Shown: positions 49,839-60,944, numbered from the stretch's first letter. The stretch is 64,000 nt of DNA from Promethearchaeota archaeon (GCA_019058295.1 JAHPZI010000021.1:225141-289140), one strand, 5' to 3'. Notes: generated by a model not told the origin, from the letters alone. Numbers and translations: made by a program.

Positions 49839-50651
49839 TTAAAGGGGTTTCTCCGTTTTCTTCTCAACATATTTGTTCCAATTAAAAGCCATAATAAAAT
49901 ATATGATAGTTAGACTTACTAAAAGCATTATAGCTTCTGAAATTATGCTTGAAATGTCATTAAATTCCATTCCCGTAGCCATTATACCTAAAGTAATCAT
50001 TATTGGAAGTGTTACATAAAATATTGTTGTAATATTTTTGCCCGCCCAACCAGATATGAGGCATCGAATAAGATTTATTTTCTTTTTAGTCATTCCAAGG
50101 GCAATCCACAGGGGATCATCAGGAATTGGTAAAGCCGCTGCCAAAAAGATATAAAAATACATTCTTTTTGGATTTTTTAGTAATAATCTTCCAAATCCTT
50201 GAATATTTTCCAGAATTTTTGAATCACTAATATCTGTAACCTTTTTTGCTCCCCTTCCCAATAAAAAACCTGTAAGTTCTCCACATGCGCAACCCAAACC
50301 ACCAACAATTGCAATGCCTAAAATTTCGAACCAAAATGGTGTATTTGATAGAATCTCTCCAATTGTTAACCCGTAATTTCTATATCTTATATAAACAGAA
50401 TTTGATAAAGAAAATAATATGAATGGGAATGGAATAGGAAATCCAATGCTGGCACTTCCAATGAAACATATTATAAATGCTATTAAAAGCGCCCAAAAAT
50501 AGTTCGGTCCTTCAGTAAGATGTGCTATTCCATGTCTTCCTTTTATTAATGCGCTCTGGATATCTGGCACAAGGAAAAATAAGAGAAGATAAATTACTAC
50601 ACCTACATAAAAAAGTGCAAAAATAATTGTTAAATTTTTATTTACAGCCAT
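49839..50651 (-). CDS. DedA/VTT-like membrane protein
   Basis: GGLGCACGELTGFLLG, AALPIPDD, GWAGK; several TM segments. Confidence 0.7.
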   Translation of the reverse strand: MAVNKNLTIIFALFYVGVVIYLLLFFLVPDIQSALIKGRHGIAHLTEGPNYFWALLIAFIICFIGSASIGFPIPFPFILFSLSNSVYIRYRNYGLTIGEILSNTPFWFEILGIAIVGGLGCACGELTGFLLGRGAKKVTDISDSKILENIQGFGRLLLKNPKRMYFYIFLAAALPIPDDPLWIALGMTKKKINLIRCLISGWAGKNITTIFYVTLPIMITLGIMATGMEFNDISSIISEAIMLLVSLTIIYFIMAFNWNKYVEKKTEKPL

Positions 50652-50657
50652 TCTTAT

Positions 50658-51032
50658 CTAACTTTTAGATATTTTTGTTGTCAAACCGTTTCTTGCATTT
50701 AAAATATCATCGTTAATCTCAATTTTACCAACCTTATTTACTTTATTTGGCATTTCAAGATTTTCTATAATTATTATCAATTCATCAGTTTTTGGATTAT
50801 ACACCAACTCTCCTTTTTCAACATCTTTGACGGACTTTGGATTTGTACCTTCTCTTAACCCTACGCCAGGTAATGTCCAATATTTTTTCGACCCAAAGCT
50901 AAAACGACCCCTCATAACAAATGGCATTTTTTCTAAAATTGCATCAGCAGATAAAGGAGCATAAATACGGTCTATAAAACCATTTAAAATAGTTATCCCA
51001 AAAATCTCTATCTTGATCGGTATGTCAGCCAT
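50658..51032 (-). CDS. Cyclophilin-like fold protein (TM1367 family)
   Basis: APLSADAILEKMP, VEKGELVYNP, VNKVGKI. Confidence 0.7.
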   Translation of the reverse strand: MADIPIKIEIFGITILNGFIDRIYAPLSADAILEKMPFVMRGRFSFGSKKYWTLPGVGLREGTNPKSVKDVEKGELVYNPKTDELIIIIENLEMPNKVNKVGKIEINDDILNARNGLTTKISKS

Positions 51033-51601
51033 TGTTATAAATAAAATAAATACAGTTTTAAATATTTTAGTTCAGATATATTTATGTCAATATAAATATG
51101 TCAATATATTTATATAGGTTTTTTTGTATTATATTAATTAGGATAATAGAAGATATTTATGCATTGGTTTGATACATGACATAATTTCTACTATAAAGCG
51201 ATTCCAAGCAATGGTTTAATTAGTTCTTTATTACCGACAATTTTTTTTAGCACCTATCCACAATATATCTTACTTTATATACCCCTGTTAATAAAACGCA
51301 TAATAATATTGACTTACATTAAATCTGAAATTTTATAATTTTCATTAAAACATTGATCTTTAATATGTATACAATGGTATCAATTTATTTCTTAAATTAA
51401 CTTTTAAGACTCGAGACAAATTGACTTGTATACTTAATCTCTTGTTGATTTAAATAATATTTTTGATACATGGGACATTCAAACATGAGAAATTGTTCTT
51501 GTCAAAAAATATAATATTTGATTAAAAATAGGAGCCTTAATTCCGAAGAATAAAATTGTATATCTTAGGATGTTCTAAATTCCTTCGAAACAATGATTAT
51601 T

Positions 51602-52498
51602 TTAAAAATCGGAGCTTCTATTGTCCTTTTTTTTTTTACGTAATCTATAATTGAGATTATTTAAATCAGATTTGTAATCTATATCGTAGAAATCATGATT
51701 TTTATCAATTTTAAAGGCAATAGCATCTCTTCCTTCTTTTATTAAATGATTAAGAATCTCTCTTATCTTATTTACCGAAATCTTTTTCTCTGAATCTATT
51801 ATTTCATTAATAAAATCAAAAGAAAATACAAATATAGGAATTATTTGCCTTACTAAATCGTAATCAGAAATTTCTTTTAAGTTGCATATCTTAATAAGCC
51901 TTAAAAAGCAATATTGACTTTTTTTCGCTATATCCACAATTGATATTATTTTAGATTCTTGTTGCTCTTTTAAAGTACTAGCTTTCAGTTCTCTGTAAAA
52001 TAATAATGGATATTCTTGGATAAGATTGAAATTCTTCAAAATAATGCTAACAATTTGATCTAATAAGTTAATTTCAAAAATTGTGTCCCCAGGAATTATC
52101 ATATAAATATAATTTCTATTAAATATGTTTTCAACTTTAGTAATAGATAAAAACGAGTATAAAGGTCCTAATTTGTATTGAATTCCCGAATCGATTATTA
52201 CAATTTTTTTTTCCAAATCAGGTTTTTCTTTCTTTATTGAATTAATAAATTCGTCAATTTTTGATCCTAGATGTCCCTTCACTATAAAGATTTGATTAAT
52301 TCCTAATTTATTTAAATTATTAATTGAATGCTCTAGAATTGAACTATTATTTAATTCCTGAATTTTTATTAATGGTTTCGGAATTTTCTTGGTAATCTTT
52401 TTAAATCTAATTCCTTCTCCAGCACATAAGATTACGGTTATTAATCTATTTTTTAAATCATTCCCTTGTTGTAACAATTGGATTACCATCCAAATCAA
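51602..52498 (-). CDS. NTP-transferase domain protein; start uncertain (overlaps map)
   Basis: ILCAGEGIRF...PKPL, GPLYS, PGD, DID. Confidence 0.75.
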   Translation of the reverse strand: MIWMVIQLLQQGNDLKNRLITVILCAGEGIRFKKITKKIPKPLIKIQELNNSSILEHSINNLNKLGINQIFIVKGHLGSKIDEFINSIKKEKPDLEKKIVIIDSGIQYKLGPLYSFLSITKVENIFNRNYIYMIIPGDTIFEINLLDQIVSIILKNFNLIQEYPLLFYRELKASTLKEQQESKIISIVDIAKKSQYCFLRLIKICNLKEISDYDLVRQIIPIFVFSFDFINEIIDSEKKISVNKIREILNHLIKEGRDAIAFKIDKNHDFYDIDYKSDLNNLNYRLRKKKKDNRSSDF

Positions 52499-53387
52499 TT
52501 ACGATTGTATGTTCTTCTTGAGCTACAAGCGCTCCAGTTCTTTCAATTAAAATTGGATAATGGTCAAGAATTCTCTTTCTTAAAAAAGAATCAATTATTC
52601 TATTAATTTTATTTTTAGGGATAAGATTGTTATGTTCGAGGAAACGAGGAGAGAACGGAAGATGTTTACAATGTTTCTCAATTTTATTCATAAATCCTTG
52701 TTCTTCATAAGGCATATTTTTTTTCATTTTTTTGACAAAACGAAAAATAAAAGAATTACTCCCATTTTCCACTTTTCCTATGCCTGATGTTGTGAAAGGT
52801 TCAACCGCATATGCATCTCCAGGTTTCAAAACCTGATTGTGGATTTTTTCTTTATAATTTGGTATAAATGGTCCAGCATGTAAATTATATTGTTTTAATT
52901 CATGCCCTCCTAGATTAGTGATTGGTCTTAAGCCACGGGCGATAATTTTATCTGCGATTGCTTCACCTAATTCGTATAATCGGGTACCTGGTTTAAATAT
53001 CGCAATTGCAGCCTCGAGTCCTTCTTTAGCGGCATCAATATAGTTTTGCAAAATGGCATCTTCATCCAAATTAATAGTGAAAGCGGAATCTGCGATATAA
53101 CCATTATAATGAGAACCTAAATCAATTTTCAATAAACCTTTTTCAGGTACAATTGTCTCATCATCAATAGGTGGGCTATAATGTGCAGCAATTTCATTTA
53201 ATGACATATTAATAGGAAATGATAATTCGCAGTCATTATTTAATATCTCAGCTTCACATTGGTTAGCTATATCTAAAAATGAAGCCCCTGGTTTTGTAAT
53301 CTCTCTGGCGAGTTTTTTAGCAGCGGCTAGAGCTTTACCAGCTTTTATATAATCTTGAATATATTCTTCGCTCATGACTATCTCCAT
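52458..53387 (-). CDS. map: Methionine aminopeptidase type II
   Basis: AAHYSP, KIDLGSH, IADSAFT, NLGGH, LHAG, AVEPF, AQEEHT. Confidence 0.95.
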   Translation of the reverse strand: MEIVMSEEYIQDYIKAGKALAAAKKLAREITKPGASFLDIANQCEAEILNNDCELSFPINMSLNEIAAHYSPPIDDETIVPEKGLLKIDLGSHYNGYIADSAFTINLDEDAILQNYIDAAKEGLEAAIAIFKPGTRLYELGEAIADKIIARGLRPITNLGGHELKQYNLHAGPFIPNYKEKIHNQVLKPGDAYAVEPFTTSGIGKVENGSNSFIFRFVKKMKKNMPYEEQGFMNKIEKHCKHLPFSPRFLEHNNLIPKNKINRIIDSFLRKRILDHYPILIERTGALVAQEEHTIVIDLDGNPIVTTRE

Positions 53388-54712
53388 TATGGTGTTAGGC
53401 GATCAGGTGTGCGCGGATACATCACAGCTTCTCTAATATCCTCTAATCCGCATAGGAAAGTAACCCATCTTGCTATTCCGAGGCCAACGCCAGCATGAGG
53501 AGGCATGCCAAACGCGAATGTTTTAAGATGAGACTCGAACGCCTCAGAATTTAATCCTTTTGCTTCAAGTGCTGCAGTCAATTGCTCTTTATTATGAACT
53601 CTTGTTCCTCCTGATGTCAATTCTAACCAACCCATTTGTAAATCAAAAGATTCGCTATATTTAGAATCTTTAGAGGGCATAATATAAAATGGTTTAATTG
53701 ACATTGGCCAATGAGTTATATAATAATATCCTGTGTATCCTGGAACTTTTCCGATAGCTCGATATGCTTCTGTTGAAATGTCTTCTCCAAATTCTATGGT
53801 GATTCCACATTTTTTTTCAATAGTTTCTAGTATTTCTTCATAAGTATATCGAGGGAAAGGTATTTCTGGGACTGTAGTTTTGTCTTCCATTTTTAAAAAT
53901 TTCAGGGCATCCATCTTATTATTTCGAATGTCTTTAATAACATTATGTATCAGTTCTTCTAGTATTTTTAGTATATCACTCATATCTGCAAAGCCCATTT
54001 CAATATCTAAGACAAAAATCTCACATAAATGTCTTTTTGTTCGACTTTTCTCGGCCCTGAAACATGGACTAATTTCAAAAACGCGCTCATATACTCCGCT
54101 TAATTGTTCTTTATATAATTGGGCCGATTGTGTGAGAAACGCTTCTCGATCAAAATACATTATAGGAAACAATTCAGTACCTCCTTCTGTCGCAGAACCG
54201 ATAATTTTTGGCGTTGTCATTTCTGTAAAATCGTTCGCAAAGAGAAATTTACGAATACCTCTTAAAACCTCTCCCCTTATTTCAAAAATAGCTTGATTTC
54301 TAAGAGATCTTAAATCTAAGGCTCGGTTGTTCAATCTTAGATCTAATTCTGAAATCGTCTCTCCAGTCATGTCAATAGGTAGTTTTTCTGGAGTTTGATT
54401 TAAGATTTTAATTTCAGACGGAATAATTTCAATGCCGCCTGGCGCTTTATCAAAACCTTTTACTTTTCCTTTGACCATGATGCAATATTGATACCCTACT
54501 TTAGCTTTATCAAATACATCATCAGAAACGACTCCCTTTTTCATAGTTATTTGGCGCTCACCATACTTATCTTGAAGGCTGATAAACTTTAAGCCACCAA
54601 GGTCTCGAAAATTTCGAACCCAGCCCGCTATTATGACTTCCTTATCAATTAATTTAGTTGTAATATCTCTTGTATAGTGAGTTTTTCTCCAGTCTCCCAT
54701 CTCATCTAACAA
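53387..54712 (-). CDS. aspS: Aspartate--tRNA ligase (archaeal, probably non-discriminating)
   Basis: AGWV..RDLGG, ATEGGTELF, QSAQLYK, FRAEKSRTKRHL, GMPPHAG, YPRTPDRLTP. Confidence 0.95.
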   Translation of the reverse strand: MLDEMGDWRKTHYTRDITTKLIDKEVIIAGWVRNFRDLGGLKFISLQDKYGERQITMKKGVVSDDVFDKAKVGYQYCIMVKGKVKGFDKAPGGIEIIPSEIKILNQTPEKLPIDMTGETISELDLRLNNRALDLRSLRNQAIFEIRGEVLRGIRKFLFANDFTEMTTPKIIGSATEGGTELFPIMYFDREAFLTQSAQLYKEQLSGVYERVFEISPCFRAEKSRTKRHLCEIFVLDIEMGFADMSDILKILEELIHNVIKDIRNNKMDALKFLKMEDKTTVPEIPFPRYTYEEILETIEKKCGITIEFGEDISTEAYRAIGKVPGYTGYYYITHWPMSIKPFYIMPSKDSKYSESFDLQMGWLELTSGGTRVHNKEQLTAALEAKGLNSEAFESHLKTFAFGMPPHAGVGLGIARWVTFLCGLEDIREAVMYPRTPDRLTP

Positions 54713-54792
54713 TTTTATGTCAACTTTTTAAAATTTCTAAATATGTAAAAAGTAGCTAAAAATAAAATTTTTGCCATCATAATCTAGTAATA

Positions 54793-56286
54793 ATGGTCAA
54801 ACTAAATTGGAAGAATAAAGAAACGAAAAATATTAGTGGGAGCGAGAGCCATCAAATTTTAGAAGATTTTCTTGAAGTTGAGACCTTTTATTTACCCTCT
54901 ATATATGAAGATGATATTTCCAATGATTCATGGAAAAATATGTTGATATCAGGGGATAACAGATTAGTATTGAGCCAATTAATGAAAGATTATAATGGGA
55001 AAGTAAAGCTTATTTATATTGATCCGCCTTTTGCTACAGGGGGTGATTTTCATTATAAAATTTTTATAGGTGAAAATAAAGAAAAATACAATGCAATGGC
55101 TTATACTGATATTTGGAGGGAAGGATTGGAATCATATCTTAATTTTATGCATGAAAGATTAATTCTAATGAGAGATTTACTCTCGAATGATGGGAGTATT
55201 TATGTTCATTTAGATTGGCACGTTTCCCATTATATCAAGATTATTATGGATGAGATATTTGGTAGTGAGAATTTCAGAAATGAGATCATTTGGGCCTATC
55301 CTGCAGCTTCCGCTCAAACGAGAAAATTCTATATCCGCTCTTTTGATTCTATCTTATATTACACAAAATCTGATAAATATACATTTAACGATGACCCAAA
55401 TATATATATGGAATTTTCTGACCGTGTAAAATTTGCCTTGAAAAAAGATGACAAAGGGACTTTTTATTACAGGGGGGGGAGTCATGATGGGAAGAAATTA
55501 TCTCAAAAAGTCTATGTTAACCAAGAAGGCATCTTTCCTCGGGATGTTTGGACCGATATCCCATATATAAGAGCAAATACACTGGAATATCAAGGATTTT
55601 CAACTCAAAAACCCGAAAGACTTTTAAAACGCATTATTTTAGCTTCCTCGAATGAAAATGATCTAATTGCTGATTTCTTTTGTGGCTCTGGGACTGCAAT
55701 TGCAGTTGCTGAGAAAATAAAAAGACGATGGATTGGATCTGATATATCACCCCATTCTATTCATATGACGCAAAAAAGATTACTTGATTTGTCTAATAGT
55801 AATGATTTGATAAAATGGAAAGAGAAATATGGTAGAAATGCAAGACCATTTAAAATATTAAAAATAGGAGAGAAAGGTCGTAGTGGACAGATCCCTCATG
55901 ATTTTATTATCAAAAATAAAAAAGATTTAAAATCCCAAACAAGTTTCGAGTCCCCGAGTTTCAATATTGAATTAATAAAAAAAGAGAATAGTGTTAAAAT
56001 CAAATTAAATCAATATATTAATCCAAATTTTACTATACTAACGAAAAATATTAAAAAATCATTAGCTAAATGGCAAGATTGGATTGATTATTGGGCTATT
56101 GATTTCAATTATAATGGAAAAATCTTTAATAATATGTGGGTTTCTTATAGAACTCCAAAAAAAAGAGAATTGTCTCTCGTCGTATCCTTTAATTATGATA
56201 AATCCGGAGATTATCAAATATTAGTTAAAGTGATTGATGTTTTAGGAATTGAGACAATTCAAAATTACGAATTAAAAATTACTTAA
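54793..56286 (+). CDS. Site-specific DNA methyltransferase (N6-A/N4-C, beta class, Mod-like)
   Basis: IYIDPPF precedes TQKPE and DFFCGSGT; FRNEIIW; C-terminal WIDYWAIDF..VKVIDVLG domain. Confidence 0.9.
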   Translation: MVKLNWKNKETKNISGSESHQILEDFLEVETFYLPSIYEDDISNDSWKNMLISGDNRLVLSQLMKDYNGKVKLIYIDPPFATGGDFHYKIFIGENKEKYNAMAYTDIWREGLESYLNFMHERLILMRDLLSNDGSIYVHLDWHVSHYIKIIMDEIFGSENFRNEIIWAYPAASAQTRKFYIRSFDSILYYTKSDKYTFNDDPNIYMEFSDRVKFALKKDDKGTFYYRGGSHDGKKLSQKVYVNQEGIFPRDVWTDIPYIRANTLEYQGFSTQKPERLLKRIILASSNENDLIADFFCGSGTAIAVAEKIKRRWIGSDISPHSIHMTQKRLLDLSNSNDLIKWKEKYGRNARPFKILKIGEKGRSGQIPHDFIIKNKKDLKSQTSFESPSFNIELIKKENSVKIKLNQYINPNFTILTKNIKKSLAKWQDWIDYWAIDFNYNGKIFNNMWVSYRTPKKRELSLVVSFNYDKSGDYQILVKVIDVLGIETIQNYELKIT

Positions 56287-56290
56287 TGAA

Positions 56291-57640
56291 TTACTTCATT
56301 AATTCTCTGAGAAGCATTGTCGCATAAGATCCTTTCTGGAGTGAAAACTCAAGTCTTAATTTTTTTTTATTTGGAAATACATCATCATCTATAAGTTCAA
56401 CCTCTAATCCAGTAGGTTTGATAATCATTGCTCTAAATGAACCTTTAAAATCAAATTCATATAAAAAATCACTCATAAATATATCTTTATTAATATGTTC
56501 TTGTTTATTTATTTCTTTAAAGAGAGTTTTCATAAGAGGAAAATCATCTAAATTAGTTTTATATCCTATAAGGGGAATAACAATCGCAGCTCTGTTGAGC
56601 TTTATTGCTTCTTTTAAATATTGATCATAAAGTCCCCCAAATATATATTTTATTTGAGTAATACTCCCATTGTCATCATCTAAAATGCTTATTGTGTCTC
56701 CTTTTACTGGTTTTAATAAGGGGATTCCCATTTTAACTCTTAGAGAAATCATTTTATTAAATATATAAGATTGAAATGAGCTGATTAACAAATTCTTTAA
56801 ATCAGAAGGGATCGCTTCAAAACACCCCTTAAAATCTCCTGGAAAATCTATTAAATGCTTAATCATAGACTTCTCATAGGAGAGGTTATTTGGAAAGTTT
56901 TTGTAAATCCTTTCAAGGTCATTACTATTCTTTACATCACTACGAATAGACTGCAATTGAGGATCTTCACTTGAATACTTTTCTGACACAAACTCATCGA
57001 ATGCTTTTTCAAAATTTCCTTCTAACAAATACCTTCCAACTATATGAGAATTAGGTCTATATGTACCAAATCTTTGAAGACCAAAGTAATTTGGAAAACC
57101 CTTCTTTCCCAAAAACTCAATTAAATCATCAATATTTTTTTTTAGATTTTTTTTATCTTCAATATTTCTTATAACTATAGTAAAATTATTGCCCCTATTA
57201 GCTCCTAATTTAATAGGCTTTTTAGTGAGCCCGATACATCTGAAAAACAAATCCCTTATATTTAATTCTTTTAATTCTTTAACATAATTTCCTCTTATAG
57301 AGATTTTTTGAACGCTAATTGACCGTCTATCCTTTAAGCCAGAATAATACATTAAATTCTGTGATATTTTTAGAGCTTGGCTAATTTCTTTCATGGCTTC
57401 AAAGGTGTCTTTGTTAATTTTAATCAAATTAAATGTAGTATATTTATCCTTTGAACCATCGCTCCAAGAAGGATTATTGTAATCTTCTTTTATTTCAAGG
57501 ATTTTCCCGTTTTTTATTATTTCTTTCACAATAAAATCTTTATAACTGTTTTTATATACACCGCCTATTCCTTCTATCTCTGGGGTGCTATAAATTTCAA
57601 TCCCTACAAGTTTTTCAACATTTCTCTTGCTATTATCTAT
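56291..57640 (-). CDS. truD: tRNA pseudouridine(13) synthase; probable ATA start overlapping the pth2 stop
   Basis: Upstream extension [18 protein letters not shown]; [40 protein letters not shown]. Confidence 0.92.
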   Translation of the reverse strand: MDNSKRNVEKLVGIEIYSTPEIEGIGGVYKNSYKDFIVKEIIKNGKILEIKEDYNNPSWSDGSKDKYTTFNLIKINKDTFEAMKEISQALKISQNLMYYSGLKDRRSISVQKISIRGNYVKELKELNIRDLFFRCIGLTKKPIKLGANRGNNFTIVIRNIEDKKNLKKNIDDLIEFLGKKGFPNYFGLQRFGTYRPNSHIVGRYLLEGNFEKAFDEFVSEKYSSEDPQLQSIRSDVKNSNDLERIYKNFPNNLSYEKSMIKHLIDFPGDFKGCFEAIPSDLKNLLISSFQSYIFNKMISLRVKMGIPLLKPVKGDTISILDDDNGSITQIKYIFGGLYDQYLKEAIKLNRAAIVIPLIGYKTNLDDFPLMKTLFKEINKQEHINKDIFMSDFLYEFDFKGSFRAMIIKPTGLEVELIDDDVFPNKKKLRLEFSLQKGSYATMLLRELMK

Positions 57641-57996
57641 AATAATTGCAAATCTCCTGTTATTGAATCAATTTCGGTTGATAAAGCAGGGCCAATCCCT
57701 AAAGCGGTCATCGTGCCAGGTTCAAGTTGAGTTAAACCAGCATCCTTAACAAGAAAGCATGGAATTTTCTTTTTTAGAACTTTTTTATATATCTCTTCCA
57801 TTATTTCTTTATTAACTTTTAATATAACCTTTTTCTGACCTGTATTTTTCCAACTCTTCCACGCACTTTTAGTTTTAGTATGTGTTCTTGTTAAATCGGA
57901 GGCAGAAACACTTGCGTGGCATGCTTGAGCACATTTTTTACCTGTACTCATCTTTAAATCTGTTCTAACTAAAATAACTTGTTTAAATTCATACAT
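57637..57996 (-). CDS. pth2: Peptidyl-tRNA hydrolase Pth2
   Basis: [39 protein letters not shown]. Confidence 0.95.
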   Translation of the reverse strand: MYEFKQVILVRTDLKMSTGKKCAQACHASVSASDLTRTHTKTKSAWKSWKNTGQKKVILKVNKEIMEEIYKKVLKKKIPCFLVKDAGLTQLEPGTMTALGIGPALSTEIDSITGDLQLL

Positions 57997-58046
57997 AGAT
58001 GGATACCTAATATATTTTTAAAAAATGGGAATTTAAATTTTACCGA

Positions 58047-58565
58047 TTATAAATATTCAATTCTAGTTCTTTTTCCACAAAGCTCTAAAATTAGATCTTC
58101 AAGCTCCATTCGGGTAAATAGGATATTATTTTTATCTGATTTAGGTAAAACAGCTTTGAACTCAATATCTCCAGTTGCAAGGAAAATTTCATTCAAAGAA
58201 ACTACTTTACTTGGCGCAATTAAACTCTCAACAACCGGTCTAGGTTTATTAGTCTTTTCGATTAAAATTATCTTTTCTATTTTATATGTATTTTTTATCC
58301 AATCTATTAATTCTTGAGTAATTCTTAATTTATCTTTATTTCCAATTACAAAGATTACTACATCCTCGTAATCTATTGCTTTATAAAAAGATACATCTTT
58401 TAAAAAGCCAAAATTCTCGTGGTCTGTTTCCTCCAGCTCAAGTAAATCTTTTGCTAAATCTAATTCAAATTCTGTCAATTCTCCTGTATCTAGCTTTTTC
58501 TGACAGCTATTACATAAAAATCCTGAACTTACGCAAGTAATACAAGCTGGAAGAGCTTTCATCAA
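58047..58565 (-). CDS. Archaeal NusA-like KH-domain protein with N-terminal Cys4 zinc site
   Basis: PACITCVSSGFLCNSCQKKL..GELTEFE; typical position upstream of pth2-truD. Confidence 0.7.
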   Translation of the reverse strand: MMKALPACITCVSSGFLCNSCQKKLDTGELTEFELDLAKDLLELEETDHENFGFLKDVSFYKAIDYEDVVIFVIGNKDKLRITQELIDWIKNTYKIEKIILIEKTNKPRPVVESLIAPSKVVSLNEIFLATGDIEFKAVLPKSDKNNILFTRMELEDLILELCGKRTRIEYL

Positions 58566-58597
58566 TCATTTACCTAATTGAAAAATCAAGTTTTTAT

Positions 58598-58792
58598 TTA
58601 TAATTCAATTATATCGCAATTAATCTGTTTAATGAGTTGTTCGGCTGCGCTTGGATCAGTTTTAAAAGTATAGAGAATTTTCTTTGTGCGAAGCTTCAAT
58701 TTAACTGTATCTTTAATCCTTTTCACACGACAGTGATAGGCGTCTTCAGCTAATTTAAGAAATTCTTCAACGCTAAATATCTCTCTTGGCAA
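58598..58792 (-). CDS. rpl38e: 50S ribosomal protein L38e
   Basis: (M)PREI..VEEFL...CRVKR...VKLKLRTKKILYT; TTG start at 58792. Confidence 0.88.
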   Translation of the reverse strand: MPREIFSVEEFLKLAEDAYHCRVKRIKDTVKLKLRTKKILYTFKTDPSAAEQLIKQINCDIIEL

Positions 58793-58988
58793 ATCTATAT
58801 ACACTATTTCTTATTTCATTATTTATTAGATGAATCATTTATATTCTATTCACTATAAGATTTTAACTTTTTCATTGTGGTAAACAATTAATTAACCATA
58901 AAACTTATTTTAAACCTTATTTTCTAATAATCATCTTATTAATCTATTTTAGTGGAAAAAAAGAAAGAGTTAAAAGAAAAGAGTTTAA

Positions 58989-59150
58989 ATGCCGATCGAT
59001 GATCCAGTAAAAAGAAAAATAGCGCAACACCATCTTTTATTTAAAAGTGTATGCCGTAGATGCGGTGCTCTCAATCCATTAAAAGCCACTAAATGCCGAC
59101 GTTGCCATGGTAAAGATTTACGATTGAAAAAAAGAGATTTACGAAAGTAA
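58989..59150 (+). CDS. rpl40e: 50S ribosomal protein L40e (absent from the ORF track)
   Basis: [53 protein letters not shown], 53 aa. Confidence 0.95.
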   Translation: MPIDDPVKRKIAQHHLLFKSVCRRCGALNPLKATKCRRCHGKDLRLKKRDLRK

Positions 59151-59255
59151 CTCTTGTTTTCCCTTATAAAGACAAAATTTTCGTAAACTTTTTTAATTTT
59201 ATGACTTAGAGATCTATATAAAGTAATTAATTTAATCAAAATATGTGAAATAAAA

Positions 59256-60938
59256 ATGGCACAATTAGGCGGACAACCTGTAATATTATTGAAAGAAGGC
59301 TCCCAGAGAACAAAGGGAAAAGAAGCAATGGACAATAACATCGCAGCTGCAAAGGCAATTGCAGAGGCAGTAAGAACATCACTAGGTCCCAGGGGCATGG
59401 ATAAAATGCTCGTAGATCAATTTGGAGACGTAGTGATAACCAACGATGGAGCTACAATTTTAAAAGAAATTGATGTACAGCACCCCGCAGCTAAAATGAT
59501 GGTGGAGGTCGCTAAAACCCAGGATAGCGAAGTGGGAGATGGCACAACAACCTCTGTAATTCTGGCAGGAGAATTATTAAAAAGAGCTGAAAAGCTTATT
59601 CAGCAAAAAATTCATCCAACTGTAATAACAGAAGGTTTTCGAAAAGCTTCTGATAAAGCAATCCAAATTCTTGACAGTATTTCAATAAAAAGTGGCATTG
59701 ATGACAAGGTAGGGCTGAAAAATGTGGCAATGACTTGTATGTCTAGCAAAATTGTATCCGAATCAAAAGAAGCCTTAGCTCTAATTTGCATGAACGCTAT
59801 TGAAGCTGTCGCAGAAAAGGACGAACAAGGTAAATGGGTCGCAGATATTGAAAAAGTCCAAATTCAAAAGAAAGAGGGCGAATCAATGGACGACACTAAA
59901 TTAATTAAAGGGATCATCTTAGATAAAGAAGTTGTTAGTCCAGGAATGCCTAAACGCGTAAGCGATGCTAAAATTTTGCTGCTCCAATCTGCTCTAGAGA
60001 TTGAAAAAACGGAATTTGACGCTAAGCTTCAGATTACCAGCCCTGAGCAAATTCAACAATTCCTAGATGAAGAGGAAAGAATGCTTCGAAATATGGTCGA
60101 TAAAATTATTAATTCAGGAGCGAATGTTCTTGTTTGCCAGAAAGGGATAGACGATATGGCTCAACATTTCTTATCTAAATCCGGAATTATGGCAGTAAGA
60201 CGAGTGAAAAAATCTGATCTTGAGAAACTCTCAGACGCAACAGGCGGAATGATCTTTACAAATCTTGACGACATCACACAAGATAAACTTGGATATGCCG
60301 GACTCGTCGAAGAACGAAAAATTATGAAAGATAGTTGGATTTTTATTGAAGAATGTAGAGATCCTAAATCAGTCGTAATTTTAATTAGAGGAGGTACAGA
60401 ACTAATAGTAGATGAAGTTGAAAGAGCGCTCCATGATGCTCTCTGCGTAGTGCGAGATGTCGTAGAAGATGAAAAAATCGTAGGCGGTGGCGGTGCTCCA
60501 GAATTAGAAACTGCAATTCAATTGCGAAAATTCGCTTCTACTCTCGGTGGACGGGAACAATTAGCTGTCGAAGTCTTTGCTGATAGCTTGGATATAATAC
60601 CAAAAACCCTAGCTGAGAATGCTGGCTTAGACCAAATAGATGTATTAATGAAACTAAGAGCCGCTCATCAACAAGGAAATAAATTCGCTGGACACGATTT
60701 AGATACCGGGGAAATTGTCAATAACATGATGGAAATAGGTGTTGTTGAACCAACTGTCGTTAAAGTGCAAGCAATCAAAAGTTCTGTTGAAGCTGCTTCA
60801 ATGATCTTGAGCATTGACGACGTAATCGCAGGTGCGAAGTCGGAAATGCCGCCAATGCCACCTGGAGGCATGGGAGGTATGGGCGGTATGGGCGGTATGC
60901 CTCCTGGGATGGGTGGTATGCCACCTGGTATGATGTAG
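59256..60938 (+). CDS. ths: Thermosome (group II chaperonin) subunit
   Basis: [31 protein letters not shown]; GGM/PPGM-rich tail. Confidence 0.97.
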   Translation: MAQLGGQPVILLKEGSQRTKGKEAMDNNIAAAKAIAEAVRTSLGPRGMDKMLVDQFGDVVITNDGATILKEIDVQHPAAKMMVEVAKTQDSEVGDGTTTSVILAGELLKRAEKLIQQKIHPTVITEGFRKASDKAIQILDSISIKSGIDDKVGLKNVAMTCMSSKIVSESKEALALICMNAIEAVAEKDEQGKWVADIEKVQIQKKEGESMDDTKLIKGIILDKEVVSPGMPKRVSDAKILLLQSALEIEKTEFDAKLQITSPEQIQQFLDEEERMLRNMVDKIINSGANVLVCQKGIDDMAQHFLSKSGIMAVRRVKKSDLEKLSDATGGMIFTNLDDITQDKLGYAGLVEERKIMKDSWIFIEECRDPKSVVILIRGGTELIVDEVERALHDALCVVRDVVEDEKIVGGGGAPELETAIQLRKFASTLGGREQLAVEVFADSLDIIPKTLAENAGLDQIDVLMKLRAAHQQGNKFAGHDLDTGEIVNNMMEIGVVEPTVVKVQAIKSSVEAASMILSIDDVIAGAKSEMPPMPPGGMGGMGGMGGMPPGMGGMPPGMM

Positions 60939-60944
60939 TACTAA

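Noticed and set aside
51033-51601. Replication origin or CRISPR array
   Set aside because: No ORB-like G-string repeats or adjacent orc1/cdc6, and no regularly spaced repeat-spacer units
58985-59398. 137-aa minus-strand ORF
   Set aside because: Antisense shadow of rpl40e and the thermosome 5' end
60847-60935. GGM/PPGM repeat at the thermosome C-terminus as a novelty
   Set aside because: Well-known chaperonin tail
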